Below are positions 37,652-51,153 of a DNA stretch of 64,000 bases, in pieces. The DNA comes from Mobula hypostoma (lineage: Eukaryota), in the NCBI RefSeq assembly GCF_963921235.1, contig NC_086108.1:32304001-32368000 (forward strand), written 5' to 3'. The notes beneath the pieces were generated by a model. The model saw only the letters and a list, made by a program, of their open reading frames with translations, was not told the DNA's origin and did no database searches. Position numbers and translations under genes: made by a program. Numbering within the stretch: the stretch's first letter is position 1; the number at the start of each line of letters is the position of its first letter.

Positions 37652-40600
37652 GGAGCTGAAGGCACAGCGATGTCGTCTTCATGAGCAGGAAACAGAGGGG
37701 ATTGATAACCGAGGGAGCATTCAAAGGGAGACATTCCAGTGTGGTGCTAACCAGGGAGTTGTGGGTGTACTCCACCCAAACAAGATGGGTGCTCCAGGAT
37801 GAAGGGCTGTCGGCAGATATGCAGCGCAGTGCTGCTTCCAAATCCTGGTTCGCTTGTTCCATTTGACCGTTAGTCTGTGGATGGAAACCGGAAGACAGAC
37901 TTACTGAGGCTCCAAGGGCTTGACAGAAGAATCTCCAGACTTGAGAGATGAATTGGGGTCCCCAGTCAGAAACAATGTCAGAGGGAATTCTATGAAGGTG
38001 GAAGACGTGATGGACAAGGAGGTCGGCTGTTTCACAGGCTGTAGGGAGTTTGGGAAGGGCTATGAAGTGCACGGCCTTGGAGAAATGGTCCACCACGGTG
38101 AGTACAGCAGTGTTACCCTGTGAAGGGGGTTGTCCAGTAACAAAATCCAGAGCAATGTGGGACCAAGGGCAGGTAGGGACAGGTAGGGGACGAAGCAGCC
38201 CAGCAGATGGCCGATGGGAGGCTTTTCCGCGGGCACAAACAGAACAGGCAGAGACGAAGGAACGAGTGTCAGCATCCATGGTGGGCCACCAGAAATGTCA
38301 CTTCAGAAGGGACAGAGTTCGATTGGTTCCGGGATGGCAGGCAAAACGAGAAGCATGCCCCCACTGGAGAACCTGAGACCAGACAGAGTCAGGCACGAAG
38401 AGGTGATTGGGCGGTCCACTGCCTGGGTCAGGTTGAGTCCGCTGGGCCTCTTTGACTATGGATTCGATCTCCCAGGTGAGGGCAGCCACCACACAGGATG
38501 GTGGAAGGATGGTCTCGGGGTTGGGAAGGCCCTCCTCCGAGACGTATTGACGAGAGAGAGCATCTGGCTTCCCGTTCTTGGAACCAGGACGATAGGTGAG
38601 GGTGAATTTGAAACGGCCAAAAAATAATGCCCGACGGGCTTGGTGGGAATTAGGGCGTTTAGCGGTTTGGATGTATGCCAGGTTCTTATGGCCCATCCAG
38701 ACGATGAATGGGTGTTCTGCTCCCTCCAACCAGTGCCTCCACTCCTCCAAGGTGAGTTTGGTGGCCAGCAACTCCCGGTTCTCAACGTCGTAGTTCTGTT
38801 CGGCGGGGGATAGACGGCGAGAGAAGAAGGCTCAGGGACAGAGTTTTTGGTCTGGGACTGAGCGTTGGGAGAGGACCACTCCCACCCAAGAGTTGGTGGC
38901 GTCGACTTCCACAATGAATTGGCGAGAGGGGTCAGGTTGGACCCAGATGGGAGCGGAGGTGAAACGCCTCTTCAGCTCCAAGAAGGCTGAGTCCACTTTG
39001 GGGGTCCAGTGGAAAGGGCTCGCAGGAGAGGTGAGCTGAGTAAGGGGCGCTGCCACCCGGCTGGAATCCCTGATGAAGCAATGGTAGAAGTTTGTGAACC
39101 CCAGAAATCGCTGGAGTTGTTTGAGCATCGTGGGTTTCGGCCACTCTGCCACCGCCCGGATCTTTTCAGGATCTGCTGTCAATTGCCCGCTCTCAATGAT
39201 GTACCCCAGGAAACTGACAGAACGGTCCTGGAACTCGCAATTCTGTGCCTTAATGAATAGCTTGTTCTCCAAAAGCCTCTGAAGAACCTGATGGACATGG
39301 TGGATGTGTTCCTGAAGATTACAGGAGAAGATTAGGGTGTTGTCCAAATAAGCCAAAATGAAATGGTTAATAAGGTCCCCAAGGATGTCGTTTACCAGGG
39401 CTTGGAAGATGGCGGGGGCATTGGTGAGACCAAATGGCAGGACCAGATATTCGAAATGACCGAGGGGGTGTTAAAAGCTGTTTTCCATTCTTCTCCCTCC
39501 CTTATCCTGACCAGGTGATAGACACTCTGCAGGTTCAACTTAGAGGAAATTGTGGCTCCATGAAGGGGCTCGAAAACAGAGTTGATAAGGGGCAGGGGAT
39601 ACTTATTCTTTACGGTGATGATATTCAGGCCGTGGTAGTCAATGCAGGGGTGCAGTGAGCTGTCTTTCTTCCCCACAATGAAGAAACCTTCACCTACAGG
39701 GGAAATTGAGGGTCGGATAATGCCAGCCGCGAGAGAGTCATTTAGGTAAGCCTCCATTGCTTTCCTTTCTGGTCAGGACAGGTTGTACAGCCGACTGGTG
39801 GGTAGAGAGGCTCCGGGGAGAAGGTCAATTGCTCAATCATAAGGGCAATGTGGAGGCAGGGAAAGAGTCCGTTGCTTGATAAACTTCTCCCAGATCGTGA
39901 TACTCTACTGGAACCTTGGATAAGTCGGGGGGCTCAGAGGCGGACGAGGTCGCGGTGACCTCCACTGGGGAAAGGGCTGATTGTAGACAAGTGGAATGGC
40001 AGAACGAACTCCAGCTGACTAGCCTCCCGGTGGACCAGTCGATGTGGGAGTTATGACGGCTTAACCAGGGGTAACCAAGAGCTACAGGGGCTTGAGGAGA
40101 GGAAATTAAATTGAATTGTACCTGTTCCCGATGGTTTCGGGAGAGAAGGAGAGGCAGGAGTTCTGTGCAGTGTGTGACTCGGGCCGGTAGTCTACTGTCC
40201 AGTGCCCAGACTTCCAGGGGGGTACTCAATGGCTCACGAGGAATACCGGCTTGGAAGGCAAAGTTTTCATCCAAAAAGTTTCCCTCAGCGCCGGAGTCCA
40301 CTAGTGCTAATAGAGGCAAGGACTGTTGGTTATAACACAAAGTGGCTTGAAGCTGCATCCGGGGTCGGGGGACGGAAGGGTATGTTGTCTGGCTCACCAG
40401 GGTCCCCCTTTCTACTGGTGCCTTCCCTTTTTGGCCGAAGGGGGCAGGTGGCAAAGTAGTAACTGGACTGGCCACAAAAGAGACTATTCCCCCACTCTTA
40501 TTCTCCGGAATCGTTCTGGGGGAGAAAGGCAGTTCTGTCCCAGCTGCATGGGTTCCTCTCCCGGGGCGGTGGAAACGGCAGGGGGCTACTCTAGGAGCAG

Positions 40601-41973
40601 GAGGAGGAGAGAGGCTTGTTCTGGCAGGAGGCGATAATGAGTGCCAAGGAGTGGCCAAAGTTGGTGGTCGACCAGTTCTTAATGGCGTTCTCAGAGACGA
40701 TTGTCCAACCTGGTGACTAGGGACATCAGGGAATCCAGGCGGTCGGTGTCATCTCTTGCCACCAACTTGTCTTTCATCATGTCGCTAAGAGCATTCCGAA
40801 ATACCCCTTGGAGTGCCACATCATTCCACCCCGAGATGGCCGCTAACATCCGGAACTCCACAGAATATTCCACAACACTGTGTGAGCCCTGGCGGAGAGC
40901 AAGTAGACGCTTAGCGGCATCTTTACCACGGACGGGGTGGTCAAAGACCTTTCTCATTTCCGCGGTAAAGGCGGTGAAGGAAGAGCAGCTATCCAGTTGG
41001 TTATCCCAAACAGCTGTGCCCACGCTAATGCACTTCCCCGCCACAACCCCATGATATATGCAATCTTTGACTTATCTGTGGACGACTGCTGTTCGAACAC
41101 CAAGGAACATTGCAGAAGGAAGGCCCGGCACTTCCCCAAGTCTCCAACGTAGTGCTCCGGTTCAGGTACGTGAGGCTCTTTTGGCGGGGGTGTTGCTGAC
41201 ACGTAAGGGGTTGCCGCTACAGGCTGTCTGGGCTGGTTAGACAGGGTTCCAGGAGTGGATAGGGTAAAATGAGTGGATACACGGTCCACCTGGTTACCGA
41301 TCTGTGTGACGTGAGCAGACAGGGAATGGAGGTTCTCCATGACCTCCCGGAGAAGTTGGTCGCGCAGACCCAGTAGGGAACCGTGGCTGGCGAGGGCTTG
41401 TTGAAGGGTATTCGTGTCCACTGGGTCCATGATGGCCAGATCGTTCTGTTGCAACAAACAAGGCGAACCCAGATACAGGACACAGGCATGGAGATTGAGT
41501 TAGGATGCAGATGCGGGCATGAGCATTGAACGGCAAACAGGAGGGAGTGCAGGAAAGCAGGAGGCAGGCAGAGCTGATCTTGACATGGAGCGTAGAAAGG
41601 AAAGCGCAGACAAAACTTTTCTTAGCACGGAGAGACGGAGTTACACAGCTAAACCTCAGTGCTGAAGTAAAACTTAAGAGTACTTATTTTGACACGAAGA
41701 GACTGAGTTTCACAGGTAAATCTCAGTACTGAAGCAAAACTTGGAACACAAAATCCTAAGCAGCCAGGAAATGTTAATTACCACACTGGCAAAACCAACG
41801 ATCTGGCAACTAGTGGGTGCAAAGCCAGGGTTCTTATGCTGCAGGTCTTAATGAAAACCAGGTGTGTCGCCATCTAAGGAAATTAGGAGAAAATGGGGAA
41901 TTAACAGTTAGAACTGTGACACAATTAAAGGGAATTAGGAGAAAACTGGGAATTAATGGTCAGGACTGTGACA
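37652..41973 (-). mobile_element. Ty3/Gypsy LTR retrotransposon of the Tf1/sushi group, 3'-truncated and frameshifted
   Basis: Order is LTR, gag (MDPVD..., degenerate Zn knuckle), protease LVDSGA, RT (NKYPLP, YLDN for YLDD), RNase H (VEVDAT), integrase ([27 protein letters not shown]). Confidence 0.93.
41447..41973 (-). repeat. 5' LTR of the Gypsy element
   Basis: Element-sense TGTCAC...GCAACA. Followed immediately by a PBS-position sequence and the gag ATG at 41430. Confidence 0.8.
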
Positions 41974-42274
41974 AATATATTAAGTTCCTGCAAAATGAAA
42001 TAGAATTGCAAAGTTTTTCAAACATGGAAACCAGCCTCCCCTCTACAGACTTCGTCTATATTTTGTGTTGCCTCAATAAAGTGGTTAGCATCATCAAAGA
42101 CCCTAGCCATCCCAGACATTCTCTCCTCTCCCCTCTCCCCTCTCCTATCACAAAGAAGATACAAAAGCCTGAAAGTATGTACCACTAGGTTCAAGGACAG
42201 CTTTTATCCAACTGCTATCAGTCACTTGTACAGTAAAATGGACTCTTCACAATCTTCACAATCTATCTCATAAT

Positions 42275-42310
42275 AGTCCTGCTGAAGGGTTTCGGCCTGA
42301 AATGTCGACT
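42275..42310 (+). ncRNA. Minimal hammerhead ribozyme-like motif (best-preserved architecture)
   Basis: AGTC-CTGcTGA-aggg tttcgg cct-GAAA-tg-TC-GACT: stem I AGTC/GACT, one substitution in the core. Confidence 0.5.
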
Positions 42311-42903
42311 GGTCAAAGAACACTGAGGCTGTCTACAAGAAGCATCAGAGCCGTCTCTATTTCCTGAGGAAGCTGAGGTCCTTTAACATCTGCCAGACGA
42401 TGCTGAGGATGTTCTACGAGCCTGTGGTGGCCAGTGCTATCGTGTTTGCTGTTGTGTGCTGGGGCAGCAGGCTGAGGATAGCAGACACCAACAGAATCAA
42501 CAAACTCATCCGTAAGGCCGGTGATGTTGTGGGGATGGAACTGGACTCTCTGACGGTGGTGTCTGAAAAGAGGATGCTGTCCAAGTTGCATACCATCTTG
42601 GACAATGTCTCCCATCCACTACATAATGTACTGGTTGGGCACAGGAGTACATTCAGCCAGAGACTCATTCCACCGAGATGCAACACAGAGCGTCATAGGA
42701 AGTCATTCCTGCCTGTGGCCATCAAACTTTACAACTCCTCCCTTGGAGGGTCAGACACCCTGAGCCAATAGGCTGGTCCTGGACTTATTTCCTGGCACAA
42801 TTTACATATTACTATTTAACTATTTATGGTTTTATTACTATTTATGGTGCAACTGTAACGAAAACCAATTTCCCCCGGGATCAATAAAGTATGACTATGG
42901 CTA
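42311..42903 (+). mobile_element. Rex1/Babar-like LINE 3' fragment inserted into a short repeat
   Basis: ORF 42400-42771 (MFYEPVVASAIVFAVVCWG...HPLH...SFLPVAIKLYN) and a tcaataaagtatgactat tail. The host repeat resumes at about 42905. Confidence 0.8.
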
Positions 42904-43527
42904 TATACTTTTTTTCCATACATGCTGCCTGGCCTGCTGAGTTCCTCCAGCATTTTGTGTGTGTTGCTCATAATAATCTTGCATTTTATTGGTTACCTGC
43001 ACTGCACTTTCTCTGTAGCTTTTACATTTCATTCTGCAATGTTATTGCTTTACCTTGATCCACCTCAATGCACTGTGTAATGGCTTCATCTGTATGAGCA
43101 GTATGCAAGACAAGTTTTTCACTGTATCTTGGTACACGTGACAATAATAAACCAATGCCAATATCTATACACCCCAAACGTTCAAAGCAATTTTTTTGAA
43201 ACAAATTCTATTTTATTCCACCATCAATCAAATTATGTTAATATATTCACAGTTTTCATGACCCAATGCTCAATCCTGACCTCTGTGTGTGGCGTTTAGA
43301 TATTTTCCCTGTGACAATGTGTGTTTCCTCTAGGTGCATCCGATATCCCAATCAAGTGCTGATTAGTATGTTAATTGGCCATTGTAGATTGTCCTTGAAT
43401 GGTAGAATCTGGGAGGAGTTAAGGGGAATGTGGGGAGAATAAAATGGGATCAATGTAGGATTGGTTTAGATGGGTACTTGATGGTTACCATGGTCTTAGA
43501 GAGGGCAAAGACCATATTTGTGTACTA

Positions 43528-45108
43528 CAGTGCCCACAAAAAGTATTCACCCCCTTCCCAGAAGTTTTCATGTTTTATTGTTTTACAACATTGAATCACA
43601 ATGGATTTACTTTGGCTTTTTTGATACTGATCAACAGAAAAAGACTCTTTCGTGTCAAAATGAAAACAGATCTCTGCAAAGTGATCTAGATTAATGACAA
43701 ATATAAAATGCAAAATAATTGATTGCATGAGTATTCCCCTCCTTTAATATCACACACCAAATCATCACTGGTGCAGCCAATTGATTTTAGAAGTCACATA
43801 ATTAGTTAAATGGAGATCTGTTTTTGGAGACTTGTGTGCAGTCAAGCTGTTTCAATTAATTGTAGTAAAAATACTCCTGTATCCGGAAGGTCCAACTGCT
43901 GGTGAGTCAGTATCCTGGCAAAAACTACACCATGAACACAAAAGAACACTCCAAGCAAATCCACGAAAAGGTTATTGAAAAGCACAAGTCAGAAAATTTC
44001 CAAGTAACTGTATTTCCTTGGAGTACAGTTAAGTCAATCATCAAGAAATGGAAAGAATATGACACAGCAGTAAATCAGCCTAGACCAGGCTGTCCTCAAA
44101 AACTGCGTGACCGTGCAAGAAGGGGACGAGCGAGGGAGGCCACCAAGAGACCTATGACAATTCTGGAGGAGTTACAAGCTTCAGTGGCTGAGATGGAAGA
44201 GACTGCACATACAACAACTGTTGCCCAGCTGCTTCACCAATCGCAGCTTTATGGAAGAGCGGCAAAGAGAAAACCACTGTTGAAAAGGCCTCACATGAAA
44301 CCTTGGTTAGAGTTTGCCAGAAGGCATGTGGGAAACTCTGAAGTCAGCAAGAAGAAGGTTCTATTGTCTGATGAAACCAAAATTGAGCTTTTTGGCCATC
44401 AGGCTAAACGCTATGTTTGGCGTAAGCCAAAGCATACATTATCAAAAACATGCCATCCCTACCATGAAGCATGGTGATGGCTGCATCATGCTGTGGGGAT
44501 GCTTCGCTGCAGCAGGCACTGGAAGGCTAGTGAAGGGAGAAGGTAAAATGAATGCAGAAAAATACGGGGAAATCCTGATGTAGTCTGCAAGTGAACTGCT
44601 ACTTGAGAGAAGATTTTTTTCCAGCAAGACAATGACCCCAAACATAAAGCCAAAGCTGCACAGGAATGGCTTAAAAGCAAAAAAGTTAATGCCTTGGAGT
44701 GGCCAAGTCAGAGACCAGGCCTCAATCCAATTGGGAATTTGTGGCTGGACTTGAAAGGGGCTGTTCGCTCATGATCCCCATGCAATCTGACAGAGCTTGA
44801 GCAGTTTTGTAAAGAAGAATGGGGAAAAATTGAAGTGTCCAGATGTGCAAACCTGATAGAGACCTATCCACACAGACTCAAGTCTGGAATTGCTGCCAAA
44901 GGTGCATCTACTTAATAGTGACTTGAAGGGGGTGAATATTTATGCAATCAATTATTTTGTGTTTTATATTTGTAATTAATTGAGATGACTTTATAGTATC
45001 TGTTTTCACTTTGACACGAAAGTCTTTTTTCTGTTGATCAGTGTCAAAAAAGCCAAATTAAATCCACTATGATTCAAATGTCGTAAAACAATAAATCATG
45101 AAAACTTC
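43528..45108 (+). mobile_element. Near full-length Tc1 transposon (IR/DR type), inactivated
   Basis: TA followed by cagtgccc; ~200-bp inverted termini; paired-like [22 protein letters not shown] motifs. Frameshift near 44430 and stop at 44581. The outermost ~30 bp of the right TIR are missing. Confidence 0.92.
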
Positions 45109-46704
45109 AGGGTTGCAAGTCATTTATGTAAATATTTACCTTTGGAATGGGAATAGTTGGAAGAATGTTTGGGAAGTTTGAGTCAGGCAGCCAGTGACAC
45201 TGATATTCACTTTGCTGCCAGGTAATAAAAACGTTAAAGGGAATCTTGGTGCAGCTGTTCTCTGTTACACAGTATTTTATAGGAAACTTGAAAGGAATTT
45301 ACTCCCTTATCAAAAAATATTGAGTTAATTTTCTTGCTACTTCTGTAAATGAAAAACACATACGCACCTTTGCTCTTCTGTTTTTGTGTCCTCACTGCAA
45401 TTTCTCAATGCGTATCAAAGCACTTCCACACCAAATATTGCTGATTTCCACTTGTGCCTTCTCACAAATTTTGGCAGGATCTCCAGCACTTGCGAGCAAC
45501 AACCATAAATTTTCTTTGTAACACTGCCAAGTACCTTCCTTTCCTTTTGTCCTAAAAAATTTCGCTTAAGTGTTGTTTATCCAAACCACGTTCCCTTCTT
45601 CCAGTATTTCACTGGGGTAAAATTGTGTGGCATGTCCGCAAGCTATTGCTTTAAAGACTTGTGCATGGAAATTTAATTCCATGACTTTTGTCTTTTTTTT
45701 TGCATTGCGCAGCTGAAAATCAATTGTTTTTGGAGGGAAATAGATATTGACTAAGTCCATTTTGCTTCTTGGGGCTTAGAAAATACAACCTAGCAAATGG
45801 AGGAATCTCAAACATGGTTTTCACTTTAGGGCTGGCCTGTCATGACACTGTTCCCACTACAATGCTCCCTTTTCTGCACTGAGTGGGAACCCGGACCATA
45901 TTGTTCTGAAGTATTCTTCTTTGGCACTCCTGGAACATGATGTGCTGAACTGGGACACCTATAGATTATGTAAGCTACCCAAGTATTAGACTTGAAAACA
46001 AAATTCAGTGACTCATGTAACAATTAAATTGCCTACCACCTGATTTCTCAAACAGAACTCTGTTCCAAACTCAGTCATAGAAAGAGATTACCAGGCAGAT
46101 AGAGGAAAAGATTGAAAGATATGCTTAAAGCACAACTTTGCCACTGATTCTTCGGAATCCCTGGCCCACATCCATTCAAGGTGAAGAAAGAGCATTCACG
46201 ATGCCTCTGAGAACTTCAAGTCCAAACAGAAGCCCAGCATTATTGGCAGAGGAGAAATACCATGCACCTGTTTTCCCTCACATGAATTTTTTAACACATC
46301 TGGGGAAGATTCTGCAGTTCCTATACTGGCCTCATCAATCAACTCAAAACTCACAAAAAAAACTCAGGAAGAAGCCTGTCATCCTCCATCTTGAGGATGA
46401 TGAAGTAAATGGGATGGAAACGACAAATTTAAAAATCTTCTGCAAGATCTGCCATAAAAGTTGCATAGGGTGGTAAACTTAAAACTGTTGAAAATCATGT
46501 TAGATTGATAAACGCAATGTAGACCATTGCCATGCAGTTTCCCTCCCAAATCCTATCACCACTTTGACTCTCTCTATCCCTCCAATCACCATCAGAATCA
46601 GATTCGGGCTTACTATTACTAGCAGATGCTGTGAATTTTGTTGTCTTTGTGGCAGCAGTACAAAGCAATACAAAATAATAGAAAAAAACCGTGAATGACA
46701 GTAA

Positions 46705-46743
<39 letters not shown>

Positions 46744-46757
46744 AAGTAAATTTTTAA

Positions 46758-46813
<56 letters not shown>
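46705..46813. repeat. Compound microsatellite (TA)n(TG)n...(TA)n(GA)n
   Basis: Directly visible dinucleotide runs within the tail of a minus-strand Rex-like fragment. Confidence 0.9.
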
Positions 46814-46817
<4 letters not shown>

Positions 46818-47874
46818 ATTAAATAACTAGTGCAAAAACAGAAAAAAATTAATAAGGTAGTGTTCATGGGTTCAAAGTCCATTCAGGAATCATATGGCAG
46901 AGGAGAAAAGGTTGTTCCTGAATTGTTGAGTGAGTACCTTCAGAGTTTTTTATTTCCTTCCTGATGGTGGTAATTAGAATAGGGCATGATCTGGATGATG
47001 GGGTCCTCAATGATGAATGCCACATTTGAAGATGTCTTCAATACTACAGAGGCTAGTGCCCATGATGGAGATTGCTAAACTTACAACCCTCTGCAGCTTA
47101 TTTTGATCCCGCACAGCAGCTCCCCTGACATCCCACCCATACGAACTGATGGTGCAGCCATTTAGAGTGTTCTCCATGGTACATCTCTGGAAATTTGTGA
47201 CTGTCTTTGATGACAGCCAAATCTCCTCAAGCTACTGAAATTCATTCCTTTGCATGGTCAATGACTCAATGGTACAGACACCTCTCTTAGGATGAGACCA
47301 CATCCACCATCCTCTCAGCGTTTTGAGCAATGCCTTTGTTGGTGGAAGTACCCAGCATATGATTAGGCTGAAGTTGTGCCTCTTGGGCCTATTTTGAGAT
47401 TGTCCAACACAGCCTCTCAGCAGAGATTTAGCAACCTTTGCCCTCCCAAAGAGTAGGTAATAATGAACTATTTCTTAAGAGTTCTGTTAATATACACCCT
47501 ATATGGTATGAAGAGGTAAGATGAAGTTATGTCATTGGTTAATTCTCTTGTGTAAAACAAGATAAATTAAACAGTTAAACTTTGATAAAACCTACATATA
47601 CAAAGAAGGAAAAAATTACTATTTATAACCACTGCAGCCAAAAACAATAGCAATGTGAAGACAAGAGATCATCATCTCAAAGTCCATGGTGAGGATCTCT
47701 TGACCCCACATGTGACACAATTGGTGATCAATTGCCTGCAACCACCTAACCTCCTCTGTCTCATGAGTAATTGATGTAAAACTACTATATATCTAAAGAA
47801 AACAATTTCTTTTAAGGGTAAAGGGTGAGGCTGCTTACCCTTGTCTAATCATTCTTTCCGGCCAGAAAATCAAG

Positions 47875-48172
47875 TTGCACAGCAGGTAGCTTTGTGGTTA
47901 GCACAAGACTTTACAGTATGGGTTACCTGGGTTCAATTCCCACTGCTGCCTGTAAGGAGTTTGTACGTTCTCCCCGTGACTGTGTGGTTTCCTTCGGGTG
48001 CTCTGGTTTCCTTCCCCAGTCCAAAGACATACCAGTTGATAGGTTACTTGGTCATTTTGAACTGTCCCGTGGTTAGGCTCAGATTAAATCGTGGGATTGC
48101 TGGGCGATGTGGCTCGAAGGGCCAGAAGGCCCTATTCTGTGCTGTATCTCAATAATAATAACAATAAATAAA
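47875..48172 (+). mobile_element. tRNA-derived (HE1-like) SINE
   Basis: Box B ggttcaattcc, core shared with the 20036 copy, CR1-like 3' end and A-rich tail. Confidence 0.8.
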
Positions 48173-48625
48173 ATTTGCAGTTGAAGTTTGTGAATCCCAA
48201 TTGTTTGCCCAACTTGTGATTATTACTTGCTACAGTTGTACCTTGCTCAGTTATTGATGCTGTCAATTGGTTTTGTATATCTTGAATAAATCCATTGCAA
48301 TCAATACCTGCCCTTTGGGTGTGCAGTTGAATCTTCCTGATCCCTGCATGTCATCCCTACCAAGGCTAATTGCAGAGAAGTGCTCATACCAGCCTTGTAC
48401 AACTGGAGTGGTGTTGCAAGGTCCCATGTGACTGTGTGCTTTGAAGAAGTGGGTATACAGTGTCATGTAGAAGAACTTTTGACACATTGTTGATGAGGCC
48501 TCTGCTGTTAGTTGAGTTCAGTAAAGGATGATTTGTTAGCAGGTCCGCCCCTCTATTTGCTGTAGTAAGCAACAGCACCAAAAAGCCTACTGACACCACA
48601 TTCGTGATGAGTTTAGGGTGTTGCT

Positions 48626-49271
48626 TAACTGCGACGATGGTACTCTCAAGACCGTAAAGAATGATACCATTAAGAAAGTATTTGACTACAAATACCTCGG
48701 GTCAAGAATGACGAGTTCAGAGAAGGACATAAAGATACGGAAGGCGCTGGTGTGGAGGGCTATGAACGACATGAAAGAAATCTGGAAGTCGAACCTGACC
48801 AGAGGGTTTAAAAAGAGGATTTTCATAGCAGTCATAGAGTCCATTCTCACATATGGATGCGAGACATGGACACTCACCAAGACTATGCGAAAGTCTCTAG
48901 ATGGTTGCTATACACGAATGCTCCGGATGGCTCTTGACGTGAGTTGGCAACAGCACATGACGAACGTTGAGCTCTATGACGACCTACTGATGCTCACTAC
49001 TAAAATCAAGGCGAAAAGACTGCAACTAGCGGGGCACTGTCTCCGCCACCCCAAGCTACTTGCCAGCCTAGTCATCATATGGGAGCCCAAGCACGGGAGG
49101 ATGAATCCTGGGCGCCCTCCCAAGACTATGGTCAACACGCTCCTAGAAGACAGCGGCGTGGCTAATGTAGATGAACTGAACACACTGATGAGGGAGAGGG
49201 AGAAGTGGAGAGTCGGTCATCGTGCCCGACGCCAGCCCCCTCGGCCTGAGTCGACATAGTAGTAGTGTTAG
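48626..49271 (+). mobile_element. RTE-clade LINE, 5'-truncated
   Basis: ORF contains YKYLGS, ESILTYGCETWTL, AGHCLRH and GRPPKT; (tag)n tail; 13-bp TSD ttagggtgttgct (48613-48625 / 49272-49284). Confidence 0.88.
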
Positions 49272-51153
49272 TTAGGGTGTTGCTGCTTGGGGGAAGAGCA
49301 GGGCAGTGATCAAGTGTTAAGGTAAAGGCAAATAGGGTTCTCTAAGTGAAGTAGTGATGATGACAGGCAGTAGATGAGGTGGCTAGGTTGGTGAGCTGGA
49401 TTAGGCTCAGCCACTTGCCCTTGAAAATCCAGCATCACCATCTAGCATTAGCGATCGTTCTCGATCACCTGTTCTCACATCCCATTCTATTCATTAGCTA
49501 CCCATACCCTATGTCCTGGCTGCCTTGGCCATCCCATGAAGAGCAAGTAGATCTTCAGTGAAGGATCCAGATGGGATCACCTTGATGGCGCTTTGATAGC
49601 CAGCTGCTTTCGGATATAGTTTTAAAAATCTCTGATTATCAGAGATACTTAGAGTTTCAAAAGAATTTAAATAATTAAAATGCATTTGTAAATGACTTGA
49701 ACTACTAGAAGCTAATTTTAAAGTAAGCAAAGTGAGATCAAGAACAATCAAGGTTGTTCGGTTTATGTGGCAGACGTTTCTGGCTCAGATTAAAAGGGGT
49801 CAGATGGGAATTGCATCCAGCCTATCAGGTTAGTAAGTTAATGGTCTGCCCCGACTCTCAGTGCTGAGTCCAGAAATGGAGTGAGAGATCAGCCGAGTTG
49901 GCGTCAAATGTCTGGCTGAGTTCTGATCTCTTTGCTACAACACACTGAGTCAGCAATGCGTCAACGTTAGTACTGCAGGTTGCTGTCTAAACAACAGTGC
50001 AGTCTGGCCCATTGAAATATTTTCTCTCACTTACCCTTCAATATATGAGGAATCTACATGAGTTTTGTTTGCACATTGTGAACCAGTTTGTGTGTGGAAT
50101 GTGAGCACAGTGTTTGAGGGAATCCTGATATGTGAGCTATGTGCATATGATACTAAATACTATATATCCCTTTCAGCAGGGGAGAAGAACACTGTGGACA
50201 AGATGGCCTCTGAAATGCAGCTATTTGTCCCTCCAATATTTAAAAAATAAATCTGTTCTGAACTTAGCTCAGGGCTAGTAAAGCTTAATGCTTCCTGTGC
50301 GGTGATTGGAAGATGATTAAGACCTGCAGGAAATCACTCCCCAAGGGGCATTAATTTATAGCCTGCCAAAATTTATAGGCTGATGGGTTTGTACTGAAGT
50401 CATGAATAGGACAGTCTGAAAATAAAATTATCCATATGTTCCTCCTGCTTGAACGGCTGCATATTTCTTCCCTTCCATCCTAACTCCTGGTTTAGTATTT
50501 ACTTCAGAACGTGATTTGTAGTGGAGTAGAGATTTCCATTGCTATGGTTTGCTTTATCCATTTAAAATAGATGCATTTCTCAAATGTGCTGAAAAATAAT
50601 TTTGTTAATGGGTAAGCCAAACAGATGGAAAACTCTCTATGTCTTAGTTTGAAGCAGCTACTAATGCAAAGGAAAGGAAATTATAGAATGCTTAAAGCAC
50701 TTCAGATGAATAATGATACCTCTGCAATAATAATTGGATAAGTTCATGGTGTGTTTAGATACTACCTTCAAAGACAGTTTCTGGGATGGTATCAGCAGTT
50801 CTCATTTCTCAAAGAAAACAAATACACCTGATGAAACATATAATTCGATTTTATGACTTTGTGTTACAAAATTTTAGAGGAAATAACTAAAAATAATCCT
50901 TTTATAACTCCAAGGTGTTCCATACAACCAATGGCACACGTTGAAAGTGTTGCATGTAGGAATCAGAATTGTCAAAATGCAAGATCCCATGAGATTGTGA
51001 CCAGGTAGATTACTTCATTTTGTTGATTGAAAGATAAAAGCAGGAAACATTCACATCTCTTCTGCTCTCCTTTGGAATGGGCCAAGCAATCGCTTATGTT
51101 TGGCTATAATGCCATGTTTTACTTTTGGTATAAATGCAACACGAAACCGAATA

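Noticed and set aside
40405..40440. Programmed -1 frameshift site between gag and pol
   Set aside because: There is an A-rich run followed by caccagtag, but no clean slippery heptamer, and local indels make the frame relationship unreliable.
37560..41457. Domesticated Gypsy-derived gene (RTL/PEG10-like)
   Set aside because: Multiple frameshifts and stops, YLDD changed to YLDN, a degenerate Zn knuckle and a retained LTR indicate a decaying element.
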